Shown: piece after piece, positions 1 through 11,875 of the stretch
How positions within the stretch are numbered: position 1 is the first letter of the stretch
How the letters are laid out: each line of letters starts with the position of its first letter
Source: Carcharhinus amblyrhynchos
Taxonomy: Eukaryota
Direction: 5' to 3'
NCBI GenBank assembly: GCA_965287045.1
Contig: OZ336890.1
Span: 32,674,001 to 32,738,000, forward strand
DNA length: 64,000 nt
The notes under the pieces: generated by a model
What the model was told of the DNA's origin: nothing
The model's input: only the letters and a program-made list of their open reading frames with translations
The model's database searches: none
Position numbers and translations under genes: made by a program

Positions 1-212
1 GAGGACGAAGAGGAAGGTACTAAAAAAATCAACTGCTGTCCTGTCAAAAGAGTCCAGACACTCTACAAGTGCCATAACTGCAAAATGAGTGAGGAATAGG
101 AAACCTTCTCTCCCTCCCAGAAACCTGCTGAACTACCTGAAAAGGCAAACCTCAACAGTTAGCTATAACAGTCATCACAGCTACTCAACCCCTTCACTTT
201 CGGAACAAAGGA

Positions 213-535
213 ATTCATAGAATCATTAAATCCCCACGGTGCAGGAGGAGGCCATTTGGCCCATCAAGCCTGCACCAACAACAATCCCACTCAGGCCTTA
301 TCTCCGATAATACCACATTATTTGCTCTGCTATACCCCGACACAATGGGACAATTTAGCATGTCCAATCAACCTAGCCCGCACATCTTTGGACTGTGAGA
401 CGAAACCGGAGCGTCCAGAGGAAACCCACAGAAATAGGGAAGAACATGCAAACTCCACGCAGACAGTGACCTCAGACCGGAATTGAACCCGGATGCCTGG
501 CGCTGTGAAGCAATAGTGCTAACCACTGTGCTGCA
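213..535 (-). mobile_element. HE1-like tRNA-derived V-SINE with CR1-type tail
   Basis: Contains the ggaaacccac...tgcaaactccac.cagacagtgacc core, a tRNA-like head on the minus strand and a catagaatc tail; similar copies recur across the window. Confidence 0.85.
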
Positions 536-1199
536 ATTCAAGAAATGGGCCCACAAAGGTATCTCACGGATACGGATTAGAAATCTCCATCTTTAAGTAT
601 CGTTTTTTTCCTTTATCTGTATTGTAATCTTTGTACCCATATTTTAGTTAATAACGTCATCGCTTTTACTTAAGTAACTTCACAGCACTGCTTTTTTAAT
701 AAACTAACCTCTATCCTGTTTAAGACTAAAACTTTGATGCTGGTTATTTTTTAATTTAATCATTTGCGAATTAAACAGGAGCTACATGAGCTGAAATATG
801 GTTACGATGCCCCCATGTCTTATTCCATGTTAAATACTGAAGCCATGAGAAGAAGAACTATTGGTAAAACTAGACACAGACAGCAACAAATTATTGCAGG
901 GAGTATTGCTCACAACATATTGTTATGATTGACGGAAGGAGGTTGTTAACATGGTGTCCTCCTTATTGCCTGTTAAAATCCGAATCTCCAGAGTATCTGA
1001 AGCTGCGTGCTTAGATCTGGGCATTGTGCTAAGGAAGGATAAATTGGCCTCCAAGGGGATGTATCGCCGATTCACCAGAATGACACAAGGGCTTAGTGGA
1101 TTAAATTATGAAGGAAGTTTGTATGGAATAGGTTCACGTTCCTTTGTGTACAGAATAATAAGGGATGATCTGATTTGAGGTTATTAAAATGATTTAAGA

Positions 1200-2220
1200 G
1201 CATAACAAACAAGAGTAGGAGTAAGCCATGAAGTCCCATATGCTTGCTGTGCCAATCAATAAGATCATGCTGGTCTCCACTTTCTAACCCTATACCCCCT
1301 TGAGTCCCTTAGACTGTAATACTCTATCAATCACTATCTTTAAAATATTCAATGACTGAGCATCCAAAGCTCTCTAGAGTAGAGAATTCTGAACATTCGC
1401 AACTCTTATCTCAGACTCAAACAATCGTTCCCTTATCCTGACACTGTCCACTTACTTCAGCCTGGGGAAACGGCCTCTTAGCATTTACACTATTGTGCCC
1501 ACTCAAAATCTGATAGTTTCTGAACACTATGGAGTATTGGCCCAATTTACTCCACCTGTCATTATCGTAGGACAGTCTTCTTGTCCCAGGAACTAATCTT
1601 GCCTTCACCATGTGGTCTTCAAGGCAAGTACATTCTTCCTTAAATTTGGAGATCAAAACTGCGCACAGTTCTTGAAGTGTAATCTTTACCAAAGCCCTGC
1701 ACAAATAGAGAAAAATTTGCTCACTCTTGTACTCCTATTTTCTTGCAACATAGACCATCATGCCACTTGCCTTTCTAAGTACTTGCTATACGCTGTGATT
1801 CTTGTACAAGTATACCAAAGTTCATCTGAACATCAACATTTAAAAATTGTCCTCCATTTTAAATATATTCTGGTCTCTTTTCACCCAAAGTTAATAACCT
1901 ACAACTTCCCACATTACACTTCATTTGCCACCATGTTGCCCATTCAATCTGTCTATAACTTTTTGCAGCCTCTGAGTCCTCATCACAGCTCACTGTCTCA
2001 GCTAGTCGGCAGCACACCTGGATACATTACTCTCAGTCTCTTCATCTCACTCATTCATATAGATTAGAAATAGCTGAGGCCCTAACACTGATTCTTGCAG
2101 CACTCCACTTTAATCACTACTTTAAAATGCCCTGTGAGCCAATCCTTCACCTATACTAATGTATTATTTCCAAAGCAATTATCTTTACAAATTAATCTTT
2201 TATGTGGCATCTCTTCAAAA
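1200..2220 (-). mobile_element. Decayed CR1-type LINE 3' portion, flanked by plus-strand CR1 fragments (~940-1195, ~2230-2600)
   Basis: Minus translation CRALVKITLQELCAVL...RLVPGTRRLSYDNDRWSKLGQYSI resembles the C-terminus of the intact CR1 ORF at 46054-47127. Confidence 0.75.
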
Positions 2221-2959
2221 GCCATTACAGAAGGGAAATCTGGAAATCTCTCCCTCAAAACATTGGTAGTGTAGGAGACCAATTGCAACTTTCAAGTCTG
2301 GGATGGGTAAGTTTTTGTTAAGCAAGGATATCTAGGTAAAGGATCAAGGGCAGATGAAGAGAGTTGAGATCAACAGTAATCTAACAGAATGGCAGAGCAG
2401 GTTTGTGGCGCTAATCCGTCTCCTCCTTCCCTAATATTCTGATGATTTCAGAAGAGTATCAAAGGGTCTGGAAAAGGTTAATCTAAAATATTACTTTCAG
2501 TTAAACAATGGTGAAAGAACAAGGGAACATAAGTTCAAATTAGTAAATGGTAACTTTAGGACTGAGGCAAGAAAATTCAATTTCAGTCAGAGTGAGTAGA
2601 CTTTGGGCAGCATAGTGGAACAGAAACACTGCAAGTGTTTTGAAATGGAGAAATGGTGGAGTCTTGGGCTGTTAAAGAGAGTCTTGAGAAATTTTGGGTG
2701 TCAAAGGGAGTCTTGAGGTGTTTGTGTAGGTGACCTTCATGAGTCAAATGATCCCCCTCACCTGGAAGTATCTTGTTTACAATCAGTTCCAAAGTTGAGA
2801 GCTGTTATTTTATATCAATCAGTGAGGGGAGAGTCAGTGAAAATCTCACTGCTGTTCATCCCTCTTACCCCAGATTCTTAACAGGAGGTTGAACAAAGGG
2901 GTGAGTCTTGGGGATTTCTTCATTGTTGATGAGATTCTAATGTGTTTTGTTGTGAACAG

Positions 2960-3120
2960 TTTCAGAAGCCCCAGGACCACTATCCACCGTTCAGATTTGG
3001 TACAGTTCCCAACGGCAGCACCGAACGGAATATCAAGAACAACTATCCAGACATGCATTCCCACATGACCAAATATAACCAGCGTTCAGTGGCAGATGCT
3101 CTTGCCAGCTTAAAATCAGG
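2960..3120 (+). CDS. GRIN2C: NMDA receptor subunit GluN2C, internal coding exon (S2 ligand-binding domain, 161 nt)
   Basis: Acceptor tgtgaacag|TTTCAG and donor TCAGG|gtaagc. Translates [54 protein letters not shown], the GluN2 S2 segment; PQD.YPPFRF and NQRSV.DAL.SLK fit GluN2C best. Upstream exons lie outside the window. Confidence 0.95.
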
Positions 3121-3145
3121 GTAAGCTGCAGGATCTCAACTGTAC

Positions 3146-3990
3146 AGAATCACAGAATAGTTGCAGCACAGAAAGAGAGTATTCAGCCAGTTGTGTCCAC
3201 ACTGGATCTCAGCAAGAGCAAATCAGCTAATCCCACATCCCCCATCCGTCCCCCATAGACCTGCAATTATCTTCTGTTCAGGAGCTTATTCAATTCCCTA
3301 TTGAAAGCCATGATTGAATCTACCTCCACAACACTCTCAGGCAATGCATTGCAAATCCTAACCACTTGCTGCACAAAAAATAGGTTTCCTCATATCACCG
3401 TTGCTTCTTTTGCCAAAGCTCTTAAATCGGTGTCCTCTGGTTCTCAACCTTCCCGCTAAAGGATATAATTCCCCCCCAATGTACTCTGCCTAGATTGATT
3501 TAGAATCATAGAACAGAGTCATAGAGTCCCTACAGTGCAGAAGAAGGCCATTCAGCCCATTGAGTCTACATCGATTCTCTGAGAGCATCCCACCCAGGTC
3601 CTTTCCAGTAACCCCACATATTTACCCTGCTAATTGCCCTAATCTACATATCTTGGGACACTAAGGGGCAACTTGACCTGGCCAATCCATCCAACCTGCA
3701 CATCTTTAGACTGTGGGAGGAAACCAGAGCACCCGGAGAAAACACACGCAGACACGGGGAGAACATGCAAACTCCACACAGACAATGATTCAAGATGAGA
3801 ATCGAGCCTGGATCCCTGGCGCTGTAAGGCAGCCACTGTGCTACCCCCATGATTCTAAACACCTATATCAAAACCCCTGTCAACAATCTCTTGCCTAAGG
3901 AAAATAATCTCAGCTTCTCATATCTATGCACTTCACTGATGCCTGTCATCCCTGGAACTATGATTCTAAATCATTTCTGAATTCTCTTTA
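3146..3990 (-). mobile_element. CR1 LINE 3' fragment interrupted by a SINE
   Basis: CR1 3'-end sequence (gaatcacagaat...caggcaatgcattgcaaatcctaaccact) resumes after ~3850. Confidence 0.7.
3501..3846 (-). mobile_element. HE1-like V-SINE
   Basis: Same core (gactgtgggaggaaaccagagcacccggag...tgcaaactccacacagac) and tagaatcataga tail as the 213-535 copy. Confidence 0.88.
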
Positions 3991-3999
3991 AATCCTTTA

Positions 4000-4335
4000 C
4001 TGATAATCAATTTAAGATCATCAGATGGGCTCACAATGTGGCTCACTTCCACTTCCTAAAGCCACATAAATTCCCAGGCAGAGGCTTGTCCTCTGCAGGC
4101 AAAAGGAACTTGTCCAGGCATTGCACCTTGAATTAAACAAAAGTGTTGAGAGCTATAATGCCCTGGTCCATTCTCCATGGCAATACCTCAACAAATCTGA
4201 GTTGACTGGCAACCGACCAATCTTTACTCTTGTAGCATTAAATGTTGCTCTGTTTGGAAGTTTGGCATTTTTGTATCTGTTTTGGGGACACATGGCAAAA
4301 AGCTACGACAGCAGGTCTCTGTTTTTCAGCAATAT
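4000..4335 (+). mobile_element. Penelope-like element 3' remnant
   Basis: Translates DNQFKIIRWAHNVAHFHFL...LVLCRQKELVQALHL, like the C-terminus of a GIY-YIG-type ORF; same family as 39760-40300 in opposite orientation. Confidence 0.55.
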
Positions 4336-5285
4336 CTGTGAATTTCTAGATGATACTGAGATCTGTAAGAGTCTCTGGACTGTATACAATTCTCGACTCT
4401 TTTAGCTGATCTTAATATGTTGGAGAATTGGGTTCATGACAGACAAATAATGTTTAATTTGGAAGATTGTTATGTTCTGCTTCTGGACAAGAAAAATGCT
4501 TCAGGGAAAATTATCAAAAATGCTGGAAAAGAAAGGGATCGGAATATTCAGTTAACGTACTTCTAAAGATACATGAGCATTTATACAGATGAAATAGCTA
4601 GACTAAATAGGGTGGTGGAGTGTTTTCGTAGGATAATTGGTTATGGTACGAGGTGTACTTCTTTATCCTTGCATAAGACTTTGGCTAGGCTTCTCTTGAA
4701 AAACTGACTTCAGTATGATGGGATAAATTTGGTTAACGATTGCAGGGGTGTGGGAAGAATTTTGGCTCCAGCCAACCCCTTCATGCTCTGGGATACTAAT
4801 GCGGGAAAAGTGGTCTATGGATGGTGAGAGAGTCTGGTGGCTGGAAGTAGCTCAGGGGCATTGAGGGAAAGTATCCCTGTGCCCTCAGTTAAAAGAGGTG
4901 TTGAGATGATTAAAGGAGATGATGGAGTCAGTCAAAACTATTACCTCGAGTGCAGTGATTCACGAGAAGGGAACATAACTTTAACATCAGAGCCATGGGT
5001 TCACGGGTGATGTTTGGAAACACTTTGTTACAAGAAGGGCGGTGGAAATCTAAAACAAAAACTGTTGAGGCTGGAGACCAATCAGAAATGCCAAACTGAC
5101 ACAAACAGAATTTTGATGGGAAAGGATATAAGATTTACAGAACCAAGGCAAGTTGACAGAGTTGAGTTCCAGATCAGCCATGATCTAATTGAATGGTGGA
5201 ACAGAATTGAAGGGCTGAATGGCCTTCTCCTGTTCTGATGTTCCTAACACCAATGTTTCCAGTTGATATATTTTCCCTCTTGCAG

Positions 5286-5473
5286 GAAGCTTGATGCATT
5301 TATTTATGATGCAGCTGTTCTCAATTACATGGCTGGGAAAGATGAGGGCTGTAAACTCGTTACAATCGGAAGTGGCAAAGTGTTTGCAACGACTGGCTAT
5401 GGGATAGCTCTGCAGAAAAGCTCCAAGTGGAAGAGAGCCATTGACTTGGCCCTGTTACAGTTCCTGGGCGATG
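5286..5473 (+). CDS. GRIN2C: GluN2C internal coding exon (S2 domain, 188 nt)
   Basis: Acceptor ccctcttgcag|GAAG and donor GATG|gtaagt. Phase matches the previous exon (GG|G). Translates [62 protein letters not shown]; [15 protein letters not shown] is GluN2C-type. Confidence 0.96.
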
Positions 5474-7759
5474 GTAAGTTAGGATTTCAATCCACTTGAT
5501 GAAGGAGAGGCGAACATTTTGCAGTTTTCACCCTAATTTAGTCAGGAGCAAAGCGCACACCACAGTCGATCCATAATCAAACCCATAATGCTACTAAAAA
5601 TATCTCAATTAGGGCACAGTACCAAGCTGAAATTAGACAATAGTTAATGCTAAGCCAAATAAGGAAATAATGGACTATCCTAATCAATTTCACCCCACTT
5701 TCTCCAAACATGCCAAGACATCCCAGCTCACTTCTGCTACACTTTAATATCCTTCCAGCCTTAAAGTTTAAGGCCATTTGCTAAGGTAGACCATGTCAAG
5801 GTCAAAAGATCTGGAGTCTGAGGACAAATAGCGGAATAGGTAGAAAGCTGACTACAGAACAGAAAGTAGTGAGTAGTTATGCGGACTGGGCAGCGATGAT
5901 CAGTACTTTCACTAATCGTGTAAACAATTTGGACTCAGAATCGGAAGACAAATTTCAAAACCTGGGGATGACATCAAATTTGGAGATGTGGAGGAATGCA
6001 ACAAATTATAGGAACACACTAATAAACCTATAGAATAGGTGTGTAATTGATAAATGACGTTTAACATAGATATGGTGGCACATTGGAATTGGAAGAATAA
6101 GGAGGCCACATACTCCATAGAAAAACAGGACCATATTTAGACTGCACGAATCATTATAAATGATGTGTGGGATCCAGAAGCAGAAGTCACGTTGTCGTTT
6201 CCAAACAGATCAATTTTAGTTGGCAGAGGGAAGGGGGTGGGGCATGATTCAGACAGGTGGGAGAGCTGGCTCTAACAGGGGGCCAGATCAACTTCATCCT
6301 GAGTTCAAACTGACCCCATTTGAACAGGTCCAATGACATTAGTGCATGTGTCACTAATTGCTGAAATAAATGTAAACAGATAAAGTCTGTTTAATGTTAT
6401 GATCTGAAGCTTTTTTAAATTTCCTGAATTTTAGTTTTGAAACAAAAAGCTGTCAGTGAAAGTTAAACAAATATCATCTGTTGGACTACTTTAATTAATA
6501 GGCCATCTGGGGTAGATTGGTAAAAACATTAACATCTGTCCAATTAGCTTCAATGGAGTTTTTTATTGACATTCCCCAAGGCTAGTATTATGTTATTATG
6601 AATGCTTAGCTGAGTTTCAAAAGCTACAATCGTATCAGCAGGTGTTCTAAGTTTACAGTTTGACAGTTTAAAGTGGCTATTAAAGAATTAGCTAACTTGA
6701 ATGTGAGAGCTGAATAAAGCCTGTGTTTAGAAGAATGAATACTTCAGATTTAAAAGTTTTGAATGAGTGTCATGAACCAGTATTTTCACTATCAAGTGTG
6801 AGTGTTGTATTAAATTGTTTAAACTTTATTTTTTCATCATAATGTGGTTTTTGAGTCCTGCCCATAGTGGTTACTGGATGTGTGGCGAAGGAAATAATGT
6901 GGGTATAAGGATACATGGAATAGGGAAGGGGCATGAATAGGCATCAAAGGACCTTGGAAGTATAGTGGGACATGGGAAGTGGGTAGGGACATGGATTGGC
7001 AAAGATGGTTCATGTGGGTTGGGGTGTGCAGGTAGGGGCTTCTAAGACAACTGGGACAAAGTCCTAGAGAACCAAGGCAGGCCCTCTAACCAGCTGAACT
7101 CTGCTCTTGTGCCCAGCCCCTGCTCCATAGCTGCTAGCTGCCAGGGATTTGTTTCCAAGGTCAGGAGTTGGGGTTGAGGGAGGGTGGGGGGGTTGCGGGC
7201 TGACTCAATACCACCGCCAGCTTCCTGGACCAAAAACTGGGGTCAATGGGGTCCTTAAACAGAGATGAGTCACCCTGCTGCAAAGATCCAGCCCCAAAGT
7301 GTCTAAATGGTGATATGGAAGTAGAGGAACCTGTGAGTAAAGAGACACAAATTATTAAAAGTAGTAAAGGAAGATCATAAAATAATAAACAAAGCAGTGG
7401 GATTCATTCCAATAGTGATTTTATTTGAAAAGCAGGGAAATTATGTTAAACTTATATCAAACCTTGGTGTGAACCATTCCAGTCTCCATACTATAAAATG
7501 GATAAAGGAGAAGGTGCGAAAAGATTTTACAGAATTTATATCAAACCTGAAAGGTTATACCTAGCAGCAATGATTGAATGGGCTTTGTCCTCTTAGAAAA
7601 TAGAATGTTGAGGGGAAACCTGATAGAGGTCTTTAAGATTATGACAAGGCTTGATGGGGTAGACATAAAGAATATGTATCCACTTGGAAGGAGTTCTAAA
7701 CTAGGGCCCATGATTATACAATAGTCACCAATAAAATTAAAGTATTAACAGCACAAATA

Positions 7760-10150
7760 GAGACAAAGTGATATGATTTTGCGGCAATTACTGAGACATG
7801 GTTACAAGGAGACCAGGTCTGGGTGCTGAATATCCAAGGGTACTCAGTATTTCTGAAGGATAGACAGAAAGGAAATAGTGGTGATGTAGCTTTGTTAGTA
7901 AATTAAAGGATCAGTGCTGTAACAAGGAATGGTTTAGTACTCGGGATCAAGATATAAGATCAGTCTGGGTAGGAATAAGAAGGCGGCTTTTAAAAGATTT
8001 TTTTCAAAGGAAAGAAGTCCCTGGTGGGAATAATCTATGGGTCCCTAATGGTAGTTAGGACACTGTACTAACCAAGAAATACTGGAGACTTGTAAGAAAG
8101 ATACAACAATTATTATGGGTGATTCTAAATGCATGTGGACTGGATTCATTAAATTGGCAAGGTTAGCCAGCCTCGAGGGAGAATTCATTGAGTGTATTAC
8201 AGATTGTTTCTTGGAACAATATGTTGTTGAACTAAGCAGGGAGCCAGCTTTTTTGGATTTAGTATTGTGTAGCAACATGGTATTAATGAATGATCTTTAG
8301 TAATGGATCCTCTAGGGAAGGGTGATCATTGCAACTTGAATTTCAAATTCAGTTTGAGGGCAATAAGTTTGAGTCTCACATTAGTTAAATCAAGGAAATT
8401 ATATTGGCCCCTGTTTAAAAGATAAGACAGTTGATGAACAGTGGCAGACATATAAGGAGATATTAAATTCCTCCCAATTAAAATACATTCCAGAAAGGAA
8501 GGAAGATTGTAAAAAGAGGAAATGCATCCATGGCTAAATAACAAGGTTAATGGTAACATAAAGCAATAACAAGACATACCATGTTGCAAAGGTTAATGGC
8601 AGGCTGGAAGATTGGGAAACATTTAAAGACCAACGAGGAGTTAGTAAAAAAGTAATAAAAAGAACAATGAGTAATTATGACAGAAATCTGGTGTAAAATA
8701 TAAAAACAGGTAGCAAAAGTTTTGATAAGCATATGAAAAAGAAGGGAAAAGCCAAGGTCAACATTGGTCCCTTAGAGGACAAGATTGGGGAATTAATAAT
8801 AAGGAACACAGAAATGGCAGAGACACAATCAATAGTTTGCTTCGGTTTTCACGGCAGAGGACACTATAACCATCCCAATAGTGATACAGGTTGTTAAAAA
8901 GGAGGAATTTGAAACAATCCACCATCATTAGGGGAAAGGTACTAAGCAAGCTATTGAGATTAAAGGCAGATTAAGTCCCCAGGACCTGACGGCCTACATC
9001 CTAGGGTCTTAAAGGAAGTGGCAGCTGGGATAGTGGATCTATTGGTTATAATATTTTAAAATTCCCTGGATTCTGGAAAGGTTCCAGTGAATTGGAAAAA
9101 GACTATTGTAACATCCCTGTTCAAAAAGGAGGAAAGACAAAAAGTAGGAAACTGTAGACCAGTTAGTTTAACATTTGTCATTGGAAAATTGTTGAAATAA
9201 TCTGTCACTAAGGAAGTAATAATGGGACATTTGGAAAGTCAAAATACAATTCATCAGTGTCAACATGGCTTTATGAAAGGTAAATCCTGTTTGACTAATT
9301 TGCTTTGAAGCTGTAACAAGCAAGGTGCATAATGGAGGTCCTGTAGATGCAGTGTATCTGGACCTCCAGAATGCATTTGATAAGGTGCCACACAAAAGGT
9401 TAAGACATGAGGTAAGATCCCGCAGGGTTGGGGTAATATATTAATTTGGATAGAGAATTGGCTAAGCAACAGAAAGCAGAGAAATCCAGGTGCAGCAGGT
9501 AATAAGGAAGGCAAATGGAATTTTGGTATTCATTGATAATGGAATAGAGTATAAAAGCAGGGAAGTGCTGTTGCAACTGTATAGGGCATTGGCGAGACAA
9601 CAGCTGGAGGCGTTCTGTGTACAATTTTGCTCTCCTTACTTGAGGAAAAGTGTGAATGCATTAGAAGTGGTTCAGAGCAGGTTTACTAGGTTGTTTTCAG
9701 ATACGAAGAACTTATGAAGAGAGATTGAGCAATTTGGGCCTATGCTCACTGGAGTTTAGAAGAATGAGAGGAAATCTAATTGAGGTGTACAAGGTGCTAA
9801 AGGGGAATGACAGGGTAGATGTTGATTTTATGTTTTCCCTTGTTGGATATTCTAGAACCAGAAGCCATACTTATAGGCTGAGGAGTGGCAGATTTAAAAC
9901 AGAAATGAGGAGAAATTACATCGCTTGAAGGGTCGTGAATCTATGGAATTCTCTACCCCACAGTGCAGTAGATGCTGGAGCACTAAACAAATTTAAGGAG
10001 GAGATAAATAGGCTTTTAATTAGCAGGGTGAAAGGTAATGGAGAGTGGGCAGAAAGGTGGAGATAAATCAGCCATGATCGTATTGAATGGAGAAGCAGCC
10101 TTGAGGGGATAAGTAGCCTACTCCTGCTTCCAGTTCTCATGTACATATGT
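7760..10150 (+). mobile_element. CR1 LINE ORF2 pseudogene (endonuclease, RT, 3' UTR) with an internal deletion
   Basis: Motifs AITETWLQGDQ, IMGDS, KSPGPDGLHPRVLKE, QHGFMKGKSCLTNL, YLDLQNAFDKVPH and RRMRGNLIEVYK; many stops and frameshifts; RT core missing at ~9485. Confidence 0.9.
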
Positions 10151-10307
10151 CTTATATTTTAATCCCACTCTCCCCCTCACACCCCATACCCTTTAATATT
10201 CCACCCAGTCGTATCCCACTACCACCCCCCCCCCCAAACACGCAATACCCTTTAATATTCCACCCAGACTAATTGGTAAAGCTTTTCCTCTATTCCTTTT
10301 TCTGTAG

Positions 10308-10540
10308 GAGACACACACAAACTCCACACTGTCTGGCTGACGGGAATCTGTGAGAATGAGAAGAATGAGGCGATGAGCAGTAAACTGGATATTGATAACA
10401 TGGCTGGTGTCTTCTACATGCTCCTGGTGGCCATGGGCCTCAGTCTGCTGGTCTTTGCCTGGGAGCATTTGGTGTATTGGAAGCTGAGACATCACGTAAA
10501 GAAATCCAGCAAAACAGATTTTCTACTGGCAATCAGCAGG
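10308..10540 (+). CDS. GRIN2C: GluN2C coding exon (end of S2, M4 helix, start of C-terminal domain, 233 nt)
   Basis: Acceptor cctttttctgtag|GAGAC and donor AGCAGG|gtaaga; phases are consistent. Translates [78 protein letters not shown]. Confidence 0.96.
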
Positions 10541-10925
10541 GTAAGATACGTGGGGCGAGGTGGGTAAGATACATGGGGCAAAGTGGGTAAGGGACAGAAT
10601 GGATAAGTGGATCGAAGGCAGAGTGGGTAGGGAGGTGGAGGCAAAGTGGGGCGGGGAAGACTGGATAAGAGGCGAGTGCAGAGTGGGTAAGTTAGATGGG
10701 GCAGAGTGGGTAAGTTAGATGGGGCAGAGTGGGTAAGTTAGATGGGGCAGAGTGGGTAAGTTAGATGGGGCAGAGTGGGTAAGTTAGATGGGGCAGAGTG
10801 GGTAAGATACGTGGGGGCAGAGTGGGTAAGATACGTGGGGGCAGAGTGGGTAACATACAGAATAGGTAAATGCGTTGGGGGCAGAGTGGGTAAGGAGTGG
10901 GTGTAGAATGGGTAAGGGGCAGAGT
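10541..10925 (+). repeat. G-rich 23-24 bp minisatellite (GTAAGTTAGATGGGGCAGAGTGG) beginning at the GRIN2C donor site
   Basis: Five perfect copies start at 10687, 10710, 10733, 10756 and 10779; variant units start at 10541, 10564, 10587, 10802, 10826, 10850, 10866, 10890 and 10912. Confidence 0.95.
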
Positions 10926-11359
10926 ACGAGTAGATAAGACATACAATTAATGGGAGGATGGATCATTGCCCGCGGCCTCACATTAACCAGTCTCCCAGTG
11001 TGTTAGTGGATTGCTGGAATGATTATGAAGCTGATGTAGTCAATGTAACCCTAAGGTCCACTGTCAAAAGAATTTACTTTGGTCGTCGGGAGATGTCCCT
11101 TGTAAATTAGTTTAACTGCAGTATTCTTCCCGTATAGTGGTGGCCAGAATTGTACACAGTATTCCAAGTGTGGGAAAAACCAATGATTTATTAAGTGACA
11201 AAATTGCTGCATTATTTCAGTTGAGCTTTAGCTTTTAACGCATCTAAACATTTGATTATTTTTTTCTCTCTGCCATCGTGCCATCTTGCGTGAGCTTCAA
11301 TATAGTTTATTAGGATTCTCAATCTCCAACTAGGGCACAAATGCCACAAACTTTTTAAC

Positions 11360-11875
11360 TTTAGCGTTCTATACCACGAGATGTGGGGGCTTTGGAGGGA
11401 GCACAGAAAAGGTTTATCAGAATATTACCTGGTATGGGGGGGGTATTAGCTATGAGGAGAGATTGAATAAACTGGGATTGTTCTCCCTGGAAAGACAGAG
11501 GTTGAGGGGCGACCTGATAGAAGTTTATAAAATTATGAGGGGCATAGATAAGGTGAGCAGTTGGAAGATTTTTCCCAGGATAGAAATGACAATTACAAGG
11601 GGGCATAAGTTCAAAATTAGGGGAAAAGGTTCAGTGGAGATGTACGGGGGAAGTTTTTTTTTACACAGAGGGTGGTTGGGGCCTGGAATGCACTGCCAAG
11701 TGAAGTGGTTGAGGCAGACACATTAGCGACATTTAAGACTTATCTGGATAGAGACATGAACAGGCAGGGAATAGAGGGATATAGGCGGTTGGTCTGGGTA
11801 GGACAATGTGATCAGCACAGGCTTGGTGGACCAAAGGGCCTGTTCCTATGTTGTACTGTTCTTTTGTTTATTCTT
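11360..11875 (+). mobile_element. CR1/HER1-like LINE 3' end
   Basis: NKLGLFSLERQRLRGDLIEVYKIMRGIDKV and [21 protein letters not shown]; tail gggcctgttcctatgttgtactgttct. Confidence 0.9.

Noticed and set aside
5490-5515. ccacttgatgaaggagaggcgaac, a hammerhead-like string just after a GRIN2C donor
   Set aside because: It resembles the start of the 34066 motif but lacks C3, stem II and GAAA; too short to call.
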